Of a stretch of 64,000 bases of DNA, positions 48,134 to 58,014 are shown piece after piece. Each line of letters begins with the position of its first letter. Position 1 is the stretch's first letter. The stretch covers positions 256,001 to 320,000 of the forward strand of contig CAWEEQ010000004.1 in NCBI GenBank assembly GCA_963808235.1, written 5' to 3'. The translations under genes and the position numbers were made by a program. Origin of the DNA: an uncultured delta proteobacterium. Lineage in GTDB: Bacteria; Desulfobacterota; Binatia; Binatales; Binataceae. Below the pieces are notes generated by a model. That model ran no database searches. It had not been told where the DNA came from and worked only from the letters and a program-made list of their open reading frames with translations.

Positions 48134-51100
48134 GGCGCTGTCGAGGCGGGCGCGTCCCCAATGGTGAATCGACCTCCGAGAGAGCGCGCCTGCACAGTGC
48201 GATCGTACATCCCTTCCGCGTACAGGGGTGGGACGGTGAACGTTCCTCGATTCGTCGGCTTCAGCCGGTAAGAGAAGGTCTGCGCATCGGTTCCGACAGT
48301 GCCGTAAAAGACCACGCGATCCTCGCGGACGTCGACGAAGTCAGGCCTCCAGGTCGTGGCAGCGGTCGGCCCCGAAGCACGGTTGCCGAGACCCTCGGGC
48401 GAAATATCGATTTCGAAGCCTGCGGGTATCATATCGACGATCGCGACGTTGGAGATTGGAGAGTCAATCGCGCGCAAGGACATTTTGACGTCAACCTTGG
48501 ACTCGATTGGGCTTGAGGTCACGGGCTCGCCCTTCTCGTTGTCGAACTCGCGGAAGACTTCGATCCGGTTCTTGATTTCGGTGATGGGCGGCGCCAGATC
48601 GAAGCCCGCTTCGGTCAGTTGATAGAAGAGCGCGAAATCCGTGTCGCCCTCGACGTGGACGCTCGTCGCATCGGCGGGCACTTCGGCGTGTGCGAATTGT
48701 ACATTTTGAGTGTCCAGGGCGCGCGATTTCTGATCGGGCATCTTTGCAGTCAATGTAACCGGGGACTGCGACCGCGTGCCGGCCGTTTGCGCGTACGCAT
48801 CGAGGGCGAGCAGCGCGTAGGCAGACGAAATCGTGTTTTGTCGATTGTCTTTGATCGCATCGGCTATGGCGAGAATCTGATCCGGGCCGATTTTCCTCGC
48901 GCGATCCGGAAAGTACTTCGACGCTATATAAAGGTAGGTTGCGCTGTACACCAGGCTGTCGCAGTAGGCGTCGAATTGTGAGTCCGCCGGCGCCATCGCC
49001 GGGGCGCGTCTGATGATCTCATCAGCCTCGCGATCCATCTTGAGAAGCTGGTAGGTCGAGGCCAGGAAGAGTGCAGTCAAATCAGAGTGCCCGGCATTCG
49101 CGTCGTTCTGATCCATTGCGGCGCGCAAGGCGTTGGCCTGCTCGGACACGACCACACCACTTCGGGCGAGAAGATAGAGGGCGTACGCTTCGGCGCGATA
49201 GGTTTCGATATCGGAGCCCGGCGAGGCAATCGTCGCGCGTAAGGAGTTGAGCGCACTCGCCAGCAGCGGTTGAGGCACTTCGAATCCGTGGTCGCGTGCT
49301 TCGAGGAGGAAATGCGTCGCGTACACGCTGACGAAGGGAACGACCTCGCCGCCCGCCGACCATAAGCCGAATGCGCCATCGGCGTTCTGGCGCGCTTCGA
49401 GTGTCGCGATCGCATGCGCGATGCTCTTCGCGGACTTATCACTGCTAATTCCCAATTCGGGGCGGCTGCCCAGCACGACCGCCGGGAACGCCTGGCTTAC
49501 GAGTTGCTCGGTACATCCATACGGATATTTCTCGAGGTAATGCAGGAGTCCGTACGCGAGTCCCAGCGGGAACGACGAGGCAGACACTTCGATAGTACGC
49601 ATCTCCGGATACATCTTGCGCCGCAGCGGCAAATCCGCCTTGACGCTCCTCAAGAGCGACTTCTTGACGTACCCGGAGGTGATCGTCGTGACGTAGGGCG
49701 AAGCCGGCCTGATGCTCATGTCTAGCGTGTAACTCGCGTGCTTGCCGGCTCCAGATACGCCTATCATCAGTGAGGCGTCGCCTAGCACGGGCTTGGCGCC
49801 GACGCGGACGAGGAAGCGCAGGGTGTGGTCGGTGCCTGATGTGATTGGCGTCTCGATTGATTTGTCGCCGACGACTTCAAGCGCCGGCGTGGTATCGAGC
49901 TTCACCTTAACTTTGGAGTTGTTAGCCGACGAGCCGGTATTGTTGGCGACGAGCGCCGTCACTTCGAATTCATCGCGGGGCGTAGCGAAATAGGGCGCTT
50001 GCGGCTGGATGACGAAGTAGCCTTCCGAGATGACTTTGCTCTCGGCCACACCGATCGCGCCGTCCGACACGGCTATCGCCATCACGCGAACCGTGCCGTT
50101 GAAGTAGTCGGGAATCGGCACGGCGACATGGCCCGGATTGACGCCGGAGTCGATAATGCCGGACCAGAATGCGACCGGCTTCTGACCCTTGCGCTTGAAC
50201 GGGTTGTGGCTGCGAGCCATCAAGCCTTCTTCGTCGCCGCCGGTCGCAGAGTTCTCGTTGAGAAGGTGCAGCTCCGGCAGGACCAGGTCCAGGATTTGTT
50301 CGGTCGTGACCTCGAGTGCCCGTTTGCGAAGCATGTAGGACAACGGATCGGGAGTATGATAGCGCGCGACCTGCAGGATTCCTTCGTCGACTGCGATCAG
50401 AACCAGCCGGGCCGGTCCGTCCGTCTGGTAGCCTATGTTCAAGGTGTCGCCGGGTCGCACGAGCTTAGGCGCAGTGATGGTCACACCTTGGAGATGCCGC
50501 TTGCGGCTCAGCGTAAATGACGCAGAGCCGTAGGACAGCGGACTCGTGTAGATCTCCTTTGAGTCGAGCGAGCGCAAAAAGGTAACAGTTATGTAGCCGT
50601 TGCCCTCGAGCTCTTGCGGGATTTTGATCTTCTGCACCGACTCGGTCGTCGTGGTCTTGAACCACTGCGCGTTATAGATGTGGTCGCGCTCGACGGTGAT
50701 CAACCCCGCGCCGACGTAGGGCGCCTGGATCTCGAGTTCGGCTTCTTCGCCCGGAGCGTACTCGGGCTTGTTGAGCTTGATTTTGAGTTCCGCCTCACGC
50801 TCGAGGCTGCGGGCAACGTTGGCATGGCCGACCACTTCGAACGAAATGCGATTGAGCTCATCGCCGGCGCTATTGCGGATTACCAGCGCGAACGATCCGG
50901 CCTGTGCGGTAGGCAGATTCGTCGCGAGGCCGGTCGTTGGAATCGCGAGCGGTTTCTTCTCCTTCGAGATTTCCTTGCGCACCGATTGATAGGCTAACGT
51001 TCCGTTTTCCTGCTTGGTGAGAACCGACACGTAGCGGAACTCGAGCAACTCAGTGGTCAGCCCGTCAATCGCTACTTTGTCGAGTTTCGGGCCGACCGCT

Positions 51101-54096
51101 ATCAGGTGTACCCAGCGGCTGCTGTCCTTGTCGATGTAACCCAGGTCGCCGTCGGGCTTGTAGGCAACCAGGTAAGGAGCGGGCGAGACAATCGCGTCCG
51201 CGTCGGTTACTACGGACCGGCCGCCCTCCGGCTCGAATCCTTCGGCTATGAATCGCAGTCGGAAGAGGCCCTTTTCGAACCGCTCGAGCTTGAAATCGAA
51301 TTTGGCATGGCCGTCCGCGTCCGTCGTGACATCGCCGAGGTCTTCGTCGTAGCTCTTCTGGGTGTTGTAAGGATCGACAAACAAGTAGTTGGTGTATTTC
51401 GCGAATTCAGCGCCGGAGGGCGTCAGCTTGAAGGTACCTTTGACCCGACGGCCCGCCGCCGCGGTCCCAAACAGGGTCCGTAACGTCACGGTTGCGTTCA
51501 GCGCGTTGGGCGGAATCCATCCTGCGGAGACTGGTGCGGACAATTCCGCCTTGATCGTCATTCGGTCCGGCTGAAACTCTTCGACTCGCACCGAGGTGGA
51601 ACCGAGCAACGCCCGACCATTGTCATCGCGTACGATGTAGAGCGAGAATTCGTAGGAGCCGGTGGGAGAATCCGGCTCAGTCGAGGTCGAGAAATCCTCC
51701 AAGCCGGTCGATGAGAACTTGATCGTATGACTCCGGATGGCGACGCCACGAGGATCCGTCTCTACCATCTCGAGCGGCAGCCCATCCGGAAGTACCTTCC
51801 AGTCCATCTGCTTCACGACCATTCCTATGTGGATGTCGTCGCCGGGCCGGTAGATGCCCCGATCCGAGAACAGGTAGGCCTGAAGCGAGCCCGTCTCGCC
51901 CTGGGTGTAGAGGCCGCCGGTGTCGAATCGCGACAGGTTCAGTTGCCGATCGTTGCGTTGGTATGGGAGGAAGGAAAAGTCGCCATCGCTCTGGGCGACG
52001 TACACGGTGGGCGTCTTCTCGCGAGTGAAATCCTTGAAGGTCGGGAAGCTGGCGCGTCCGTCAGCGTCGGTCTTGCGCGAGAAAATTGGCAGGCCGTTCT
52101 TTCCCAGCATGTCGATTGCCACGTCGGCTAGCGGCGCGCCGGAATGAATCGACTGCACAAAGACGTCGTGGCTGCCGTCTGCCGAGTCCTTTACGACCAG
52201 CCCCAGGTCGGTAAGCAGGATTAGGCGTTCGTCGGAGGCATATTCCTGGCTTGTCTGTTGCGGCTGCGGAACTGACCGCCGTCGATGCCGCCGATACCCT
52301 TCGCCGGTCGTTTGCCAGGGACGAACCTCTGGTGCTGGCGTGCCGAGCGGTTGCTTATTGACCGGATCCCAAGCCTGAATCTTGAGCCAGAACAGTCCAT
52401 GCGGTAGCGCGCCACTGGATAGCAACGGTGCAAAGTCGAACACGGTGTACTGGTTCTTCCCCGACGTATCGACGGGAAGGAGCCGCACTTCGCTGATCAC
52501 TTCAGATAGGTCATCAAAACCGAAGCCCAAATCTCCGTACTGCCGCCAGAAAGACGGGTCGGAAAAGGTGCCTTGGGTCTGCGAGACTAGATGGCTTACG
52601 GTGCCGGGCAGGAGCCTGCTGACCTCGATCTGAATCGCCGGTACGTTACGGGTCAGAATCGAAATTTTCTTTTCGCCTGAAAGGCTGAGTACCGACCCCT
52701 CGGAAATTATCTTCACCGCCGGTGGAAAAGCCGGTGCCCCAACCACGTCCGAATAGTCTTTAGCCAGCGGGTAGTCGCCGAACGATTTGAGTCCGTGCCG
52801 GACGGTCACCAGGAGGAAACGGCCCGTATCGGCCTTGAACTTGAAGCTCTGCGTCGGCATGAACTCGCGCTCCGTGGGAATCCACTCGATTGAAACCGGC
52901 GTCGCCAGCTTCATGAAGGCGGGAACCACCTCCAGCGCATTGCTCCACCGATAGTCCTTGACCAGCTTTTGATCGCCGATGGCGGGTTTGTCCTTGGGGA
53001 GAAGGAATACCGAAATGTTCTTCGCAAGATCGGACTGCCGCATCGGCGCCGACGCTGTAATGGTTCCGACGCGCTCTATTTCGTCGCGATCGTTGGCCAC
53101 CTCATTGGCGGTTATGCTCTGGATCCGGAAGTAGCTCTCGATACCCGGTATGTTGACCGTACGTTGGAGCGGATACTCGGTTCCCGGGCCGCCTTTCGAA
53201 GATCGCACGCCTTTTGCGATCGATAGCAGCATCTGCCCTTCGTTGTCGGGAATTCCGAATGGCTCTGAGTGGATATAAGCTTTGCCGCCGAACTTGTCGT
53301 AAGTGACCTTGAACCCGAACGACTTTGCCTCGCTGCTATCGAAGCTCTTTACCGGCTGTACCCGCATCCGAAACGAGATGCGCTTCTCGAAATCCGCCTT
53401 GTCGACGGGATGGGTGAAGCGAACGGTCGCGACGACCTGCTTGATCTTGGGGTTGGTCGGATCTTCGTAGAATTCCTCATCCTCGATTGCAGCGCCGAAA
53501 TCCGGAGACCGGAATGAGTAGGTATACTCCTTGAGCAGAACGTGCGAAGGGAACAACCTTCGGTCGAGTTTTATCGTGTAGTCCTGACTGATCGGCCAAG
53601 CATTCTTCGGAATGAAAACCAGAATCGAGTCGCTGGTCCACCTCCATATACCCTGCAGTGGAGGCGTAACTGTGATTCCGGAAGTGACGTTCTTTCCGAT
53701 TGTGCCGAGTTTGGCCGCGGAGCCGGAGAACTGAACGTCGATCGGATCGGGCAGTGTTTTGGAGTCGTCCAGCGGTGTCGGACCCGGCCGGCTGACCGAG
53801 ACTTGTAGGTAGTATGGTTCTGGAAGGTGCTCGTACCATTGCCAGCCCGCGTAGCCGCAGACGATGAAGGCTAAGATTGCGGACGTTTCGAGCCAGAAAC
53901 GGACAGGATTAGCGGCGCGGCGGGTCGCTAGCCAGTCGATAGCTCGACTGCCCCAACTGCGCAGTGTAGCAATGGCGCGCAGCAGCCATGCTGGCGGTGT
54001 CCATTGAACCTGTCCGAATATTGCCCGCAGAACCGGGGCTAAGAACCGTTGGAACGCGCCAGCTATAGTTGCCGCAACTCCAGCGAGAAATTTCAT
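48130..54096 (-). CDS. Bacterial alpha-2-macroglobulin
   Basis: 1988 aa; DRGIYRPGD, AVDEGIL, thioester YPYGCTEQ, DVREDRV; paired with pbpC. Confidence 0.95.
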   Translation of the reverse strand: MKFLAGVAATIAGAFQRFLAPVLRAIFGQVQWTPPAWLLRAIATLRSWGSRAIDWLATRRAANPVRFWLETSAILAFIVCGYAGWQWYEHLPEPYYLQVSVSRPGPTPLDDSKTLPDPIDVQFSGSAAKLGTIGKNVTSGITVTPPLQGIWRWTSDSILVFIPKNAWPISQDYTIKLDRRLFPSHVLLKEYTYSFRSPDFGAAIEDEEFYEDPTNPKIKQVVATVRFTHPVDKADFEKRISFRMRVQPVKSFDSSEAKSFGFKVTYDKFGGKAYIHSEPFGIPDNEGQMLLSIAKGVRSSKGGPGTEYPLQRTVNIPGIESYFRIQSITANEVANDRDEIERVGTITASAPMRQSDLAKNISVFLLPKDKPAIGDQKLVKDYRWSNALEVVPAFMKLATPVSIEWIPTEREFMPTQSFKFKADTGRFLLVTVRHGLKSFGDYPLAKDYSDVVGAPAFPPAVKIISEGSVLSLSGEKKISILTRNVPAIQIEVSRLLPGTVSHLVSQTQGTFSDPSFWRQYGDLGFGFDDLSEVISEVRLLPVDTSGKNQYTVFDFAPLLSSGALPHGLFWLKIQAWDPVNKQPLGTPAPEVRPWQTTGEGYRRHRRRSVPQPQQTSQEYASDERLILLTDLGLVVKDSADGSHDVFVQSIHSGAPLADVAIDMLGKNGLPIFSRKTDADGRASFPTFKDFTREKTPTVYVAQSDGDFSFLPYQRNDRQLNLSRFDTGGLYTQGETGSLQAYLFSDRGIYRPGDDIHIGMVVKQMDWKVLPDGLPLEMVETDPRGVAIRSHTIKFSSTGLEDFSTSTEPDSPTGSYEFSLYIVRDDNGRALLGSTSVRVEEFQPDRMTIKAELSAPVSAGWIPPNALNATVTLRTLFGTAAAGRRVKGTFKLTPSGAEFAKYTNYLFVDPYNTQKSYDEDLGDVTTDADGHAKFDFKLERFEKGLFRLRFIAEGFEPEGGRSVVTDADAIVSPAPYLVAYKPDGDLGYIDKDSSRWVHLIAVGPKLDKVAIDGLTTELLEFRYVSVLTKQENGTLAYQSVRKEISKEKKPLAIPTTGLATNLPTAQAGSFALVIRNSAGDELNRISFEVVGHANVARSLEREAELKIKLNKPEYAPGEEAELEIQAPYVGAGLITVERDHIYNAQWFKTTTTESVQKIKIPQELEGNGYITVTFLRSLDSKEIYTSPLSYGSASFTLSRKRHLQGVTITAPKLVRPGDTLNIGYQTDGPARLVLIAVDEGILQVARYHTPDPLSYMLRKRALEVTTEQILDLVLPELHLLNENSATGGDEEGLMARSHNPFKRKGQKPVAFWSGIIDSGVNPGHVAVPIPDYFNGTVRVMAIAVSDGAIGVAESKVISEGYFVIQPQAPYFATPRDEFEVTALVANNTGSSANNSKVKVKLDTTPALEVVGDKSIETPITSGTDHTLRFLVRVGAKPVLGDASLMIGVSGAGKHASYTLDMSIRPASPYVTTITSGYVKKSLLRSVKADLPLRRKMYPEMRTIEVSASSFPLGLAYGLLHYLEKYPYGCTEQLVSQAFPAVVLGSRPELGISSDKSAKSIAHAIATLEARQNADGAFGLWSAGGEVVPFVSVYATHFLLEARDHGFEVPQPLLASALNSLRATIASPGSDIETYRAEAYALYLLARSGVVVSEQANALRAAMDQNDANAGHSDLTALFLASTYQLLKMDREADEIIRRAPAMAPADSQFDAYCDSLVYSATYLYIASKYFPDRARKIGPDQILAIADAIKDNRQNTISSAYALLALDAYAQTAGTRSQSPVTLTAKMPDQKSRALDTQNVQFAHAEVPADATSVHVEGDTDFALFYQLTEAGFDLAPPITEIKNRIEVFREFDNEKGEPVTSSPIESKVDVKMSLRAIDSPISNVAIVDMIPAGFEIDISPEGLGNRASGPTAATTWRPDFVDVREDRVVFYGTVGTDAQTFSYRLKPTNRGTFTVPPLYAEGMYDRTVQARSLGGRFTIGDAPASTAP

Positions 54097-54308
54097 CGTC
54101 GTGAGCTATTAGACGAAAGCACCTCTCATTTAGTTACAAGACGATATGCATAGGTCTGCGCGGTCCTATCCCTGTTAACTATTTGACTTGGCGCTGAGTC
54201 CAGCGGCCGGTGCCTTAGACGGATCGTAGGCGCTGATTGTGGCTCGGGAGTCGTACTAGCTTGGCGAGTTCACGAGAGTCACGAAGCGGATCTGCGGCAG
54301 GCTGTAAG

Positions 54309-54353
54309 TGGCGCACCGGAGGCGGTAGGGCGGAGCCCCCCTCCGATGCGCCA
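54309..54353. terminator. GC-rich hairpin downstream of the secreted protein gene
   Basis: TGGCGCAcCGGAGG ... CCTCCGaTGCGCCA inverted repeat; no clear U-tract. Confidence 0.45.
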
Positions 54354-54368
54354 TGAAACGCAGCTAGC

Positions 54369-54833
54369 TTAATTGCAGGTGAGCACGACGTTGTCGAAGC
54401 TTACAGTGGTGGTGCCATCCGGATTTATCGTTACGTGGATGTCCTCGGTGCCATTGAAGTTGTCGTTGGGTCCCCCGCAATGGATGCGGATCGACGTGTG
54501 CATCGTTTCCGTGAGTGGGAGGGACGAGGTCGTGGTCTCGATGTTTTGAGAGATGCTTGCCTGCCCTGTACAGGTGCCCGCCGTCGCGTCCTCCAGCTTA
54601 AAGTCGCTTACAACATCGTTGAGTTGAAAGTGCACCCGGTCGTTGTTGGTCGTCTCGTGCGACACAACATGGTTGTTGCCCGAGTCCGTATCCGTGTTGC
54701 CGGTGCAGGGATTTGCCGTCGTGCCGGTGAAAGGAACGTTCTGCTCGTTCGTGAGCGTCACAGCGCGCGCTGTGTTGGCCATCGCGAATGCGAACACCGC
54801 GACGACGCCAAGAACTAGAATAATACGATTCAT
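54369..54833 (-). CDS. Secreted Thr/Asn-rich protein with 4 Cys
   Basis: GGAGGT SD, signal peptide ending ARA, beta-strand-like pattern. Confidence 0.75.
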   Translation of the reverse strand: MNRIILVLGVVAVFAFAMANTARAVTLTNEQNVPFTGTTANPCTGNTDTDSGNNHVVSHETTNNDRVHFQLNDVVSDFKLEDATAGTCTGQASISQNIETTTSSLPLTETMHTSIRIHCGGPNDNFNGTEDIHVTINPDGTTTVSFDNVVLTCN

Positions 54834-55177
54834 CTCTTTACCTCCGAGAGATCGAGTAGTATTGAAAGACTTTCCGCCCTCTAAGCCTTTCTTTGCTTTG
54901 ATTCCGTATTTTCTACGCCGTATTTGATGCAATGTCAAGCGAACGCGTGTTAAGTGATTATTATTCATGTTTTGACGATGCAAGTCTCGCTATATGCCAC
55001 AAAGTAGGAATTTCAGCCCGTCTGATATCAACAAGAAGCAGATGATGCCGACTGACGTGCTCGCCGAGGCCCCCCAACCGTCGCCGCTGCGTCCAATGCT
55101 TCGCGATCTTGGAGGGAGCACTTGTCGCGACGCACAGCGTCTTGAATGCACCACGTGGAGAAAGGTAAATTGCCCTC

Positions 55178-55279
55178 ATGCCCATGATGGTGATCTTCCG
55201 TGTCCGCCCATCTGCGGGCACCGCGGGACGAGCGACGACGCCGTCTCGGTCAGAATTTCCTTCGTCCGGAATTCGCTGA
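55178..55279 (+). other. Candidate erm leader ORF MPMMVIFRVRP... (33 aa)
   Basis: GGAGAAAGGT upstream; R-V-R motif overlaps the erm GTG. Confidence 0.35.
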
Positions 55280-55865
55280 TCGTATCGTCGCTGAAGCCGA
55301 CTTTCGCCCTGGTGATCTCGTCGTCGAGTTCGGCGCTGGTCTCGGCGCGATAACTATCGCTCTTGCGAAGCGCCAAGTCGACGTGGTCGCCATCGAAATC
55401 GACCCAGTGTGGGTTGCGCGACTCCGCGACCGTGTCGGCGGGGCGTTTCAGGATAAGGTGCGAGTCGTGGAAGGGGATTTTCTATCCTTGCGCCTGCCCA
55501 CTGAGCCGTTTCGCGTGGTCGGCTCGATTCCGTTCGGATATACGACGGAGGTCCTCCGTCGGCTGTTGGACGATCCGCGCGTGACCCTCGAACGGGCCGA
55601 TCTCATCGTCCAATGGGCGGTGGCACGGAAGCGCGTTGCGTTACCCCCTTCCACACGCCTCTCCACAACGTGGATCCCCTGGTGGGAATTCCGCCTTGGT
55701 CGGCACGTACCGGCTTCGGCCTTCCGACCTGTTCCGCGTGTAGATTCGGGAGTCCTTATCATTACACCCCGTAAGCCCCCGATACTCCCACCCTCGATGG
55801 CCCGGTCGTATAGTGAATTCGTCCGGACTCGTTGGCCGTTTGATCCATCGGTCTCCGGGCGATAA
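55200..55865 (+). CDS. Erm-like rRNA adenine N6-methyltransferase
   Basis: RRRLGQNFL, EFGAGLG, AIEID, GDFL, GSIPF, AFRPVPRVDSG; short C-terminus. Confidence 0.82.
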   Translation: MSAHLRAPRDERRRRLGQNFLRPEFADRIVAEADFRPGDLVVEFGAGLGAITIALAKRQVDVVAIEIDPVWVARLRDRVGGAFQDKVRVVEGDFLSLRLPTEPFRVVGSIPFGYTTEVLRRLLDDPRVTLERADLIVQWAVARKRVALPPSTRLSTTWIPWWEFRLGRHVPASAFRPVPRVDSGVLIITPRKPPILPPSMARSYSEFVRTRWPFDPSVSGR

Positions 55866-55866
55866 G

Positions 55867-55897
55867 CCGCCGCCCAACCGGCGCTTGCAGCGGCGGC
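55867..55897. terminator. Hairpin between convergent erm and mlaA
   Basis: GCCGCCGC...GCAGCGGCGGC inverted repeat. Confidence 0.4.
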
Positions 55898-55984
55898 AAC
55901 ACACCGCGAAGATGCCGGCGAACGGAGATCATGAAGCTCAGCTGTGACGAGCCTGGATGAGCAGACGCCCGAGGGTCTGCCGGC

Positions 55985-56908
55985 TCATTTCGTTGATCGC
56001 GGGTCCGCACCCAGCGTCGATTGCTCTCGAGATTCGAAAGGATCGGAGATGCTTTCCCAGACTCGATCTCGATCGCGAATGGCGTCCTCGATCGACTTGC
56101 GGCGGCGCTGGAGATAGCCATTCCGCACCGCGGCGTACAGGTCAAGTGAAGTGTCCTCGACGTCGTCATATAGTTTCATGTTGTCTGCGCGTTCGTTAAT
56201 CCTGCTCGCGGCGGCGCGCCCAAAGTCGGCGCCGATCGGAGTGACGAACCACGAGAGCGGGTCCATGAATGAGTCAGCGGCGAATCCGAACGCGTCGCGC
56301 ACGGTCAGCGGCGGCAACAACGGCAATACGAGGTAAGGTCCGGGCTTCGCGCCATATACCGCAAAGGTCTGTCCGCTGTCGGCGTCACTCTTGTCGAGAC
56401 CCAGGCGCGAGGCGACGTCGAAGAGTCCGGCGATGCCGGCTGTAGTGTTGAGCACAAAGCGTGTGAGCTCAATGCCTGCTCCGGGCAGCCTGCCTTGCAG
56501 GACCTTGTTCACGAACCGCTTCGGCATCGCCAGGTTGTAGAATGCGTTCGCGAGACTCTCCCGCACCTTCTGCGGCAGCGCTTTTGACCAAACCTCGGCG
56601 GCCGGCTTTATCGCGTAATGGTCGGCTAGATTGAAGTTGAAGTAGAACGTCTTGTCGTTGAACGATTCCCACGGATCGTAATCGATCCCCAGACTGGTGG
56701 ATGGCAAGTCGGAAGCAAGGGCCTCCCGGTCTTGCGCATCGCCCGCTTGCGACGCGCCGCGTTGCCCGGAACATCCGACCAAACTGATGCTGAGGAGTAG
56801 AATCGCCAATCCTGACAACAGGACCGCACGCGCTGTAGGAGCGTGCGGTATTGCTCTTCCGTGTCTAGCCACGGGCTGGAAAGTGTCATGCAAAGTTTGA
56901 AACTCCAT
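55985..56908 (-). CDS. MlaA/VacJ lipoprotein
   Basis: Lipobox LVGC; DPWESFN, RFVLNTT.G..GLFD, GQT, GPYLVLP...TVRD; TGATG coupling. Confidence 0.9.
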   Translation of the reverse strand: MEFQTLHDTFQPVARHGRAIPHAPTARAVLLSGLAILLLSISLVGCSGQRGASQAGDAQDREALASDLPSTSLGIDYDPWESFNDKTFYFNFNLADHYAIKPAAEVWSKALPQKVRESLANAFYNLAMPKRFVNKVLQGRLPGAGIELTRFVLNTTAGIAGLFDVASRLGLDKSDADSGQTFAVYGAKPGPYLVLPLLPPLTVRDAFGFAADSFMDPLSWFVTPIGADFGRAAASRINERADNMKLYDDVEDTSLDLYAAVRNGYLQRRRKSIEDAIRDRDRVWESISDPFESREQSTLGADPRSTK

Positions 56909-58014
56909 CACGAATGAGCTTCGCCTCCATAGCGGAAGAGTCGCAATGCGATCAGGAAGGATACGAGACCGTAGGTTGTAAGAACCAACAGCTCGGTTGA
57001 AACTGCGATGAGACTTTTGTCGCGAAGCATCACATCTTGGATCGCGGACATCGACCATGTGGTGATGAGCGCACTCGCGACGTGTTGCATCGATCTCGGC
57101 AGATCGTACAAAGGCCAGAACAGCCCGCCGAGTGAGGCCAGGACGAATGCCACCGCCAGACCGACCGGGATCGCCTGCTCACGCGTGCGCACGAAGGCGG
57201 CGACGACCGCGGCGAAGCAAGTCATCGAGGCGACCACCGCCGCTGCAACCAGGATCATCGCGACCGGCGAATGCCCGAGTCTGAGTCCATAAACGAAATG
57301 ACCGAACACCAGGAGCAGGAGCAGTTGCGCCGTGCCGACCACGAGGCGTGCCAGCAGCTTCCCGCCCAGCAGAGACGCCGGCGGCACCGGCGCAACTGAG
57401 AGCCGCGCGCTGGTGCCCCACACTTCCTCCTCGCGCAGCGCGAGCGACACGCTGAAGATTAGAGTGAGCAGGACGAACATCAGGCTGAAACCCGGGATGT
57501 TCTGCTCGAGCGACGAGAAGGAGACGTTGTCGCCGGTGATGTTATGCTCCTTCACGCTCAGCAGTTCCTGGCTGAACGGATCGCCGAGCGACGCGGTCTC
57601 GCGATCCGCAAGCAGCATCACCACTTTGATCGCCTCGAGCTCCCGCCACTGCGCGGGATCGGTGAGCATTTCCACGATGGTGGGCTTCTGCGCGAGGTAA
57701 CGCTTGCTCAATTCAGGCGGCAGGACGAGTGCAGCAGGAGCGTCGTTGGCCTCGGCGACCAGATGCTGCGCCGTGGCGCGGGAAACTTCGCGCACGTCAA
57801 GATGCTCGCGAAAGGCGCGGATGAGCGCGGTCGCGACAGGCCCCTGATCCTCGTTGACTACGGGGAACAGGATGCTCTTGCTGCCATCGCCGGATTGAGT
57901 GGCGGAAGCGACCACCACGATTACCACGATTGGAACGATCAGCAGCGCGATGAGGCCGTAGCGGTCGCGGCAGATGAGCCGGAGATCTTTGAGCATCACG
58001 GCAGCTGTCTTCAC
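56908..58014 (-). CDS. ABC-2 type permease
   Basis: KDLRLICRD, periplasmic domain, 6 TM, LGGLFWP; GTG start overlaps the MlaC stop. Confidence 0.88.
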   Translation of the reverse strand: MKTAAVMLKDLRLICRDRYGLIALLIVPIVVIVVVASATQSGDGSKSILFPVVNEDQGPVATALIRAFREHLDVREVSRATAQHLVAEANDAPAALVLPPELSKRYLAQKPTIVEMLTDPAQWRELEAIKVVMLLADRETASLGDPFSQELLSVKEHNITGDNVSFSSLEQNIPGFSLMFVLLTLIFSVSLALREEEVWGTSARLSVAPVPPASLLGGKLLARLVVGTAQLLLLLVFGHFVYGLRLGHSPVAMILVAAAVVASMTCFAAVVAAFVRTREQAIPVGLAVAFVLASLGGLFWPLYDLPRSMQHVASALITTWSMSAIQDVMLRDKSLIAVSTELLVLTTYGLVSFLIALRLFRYGGEAHS

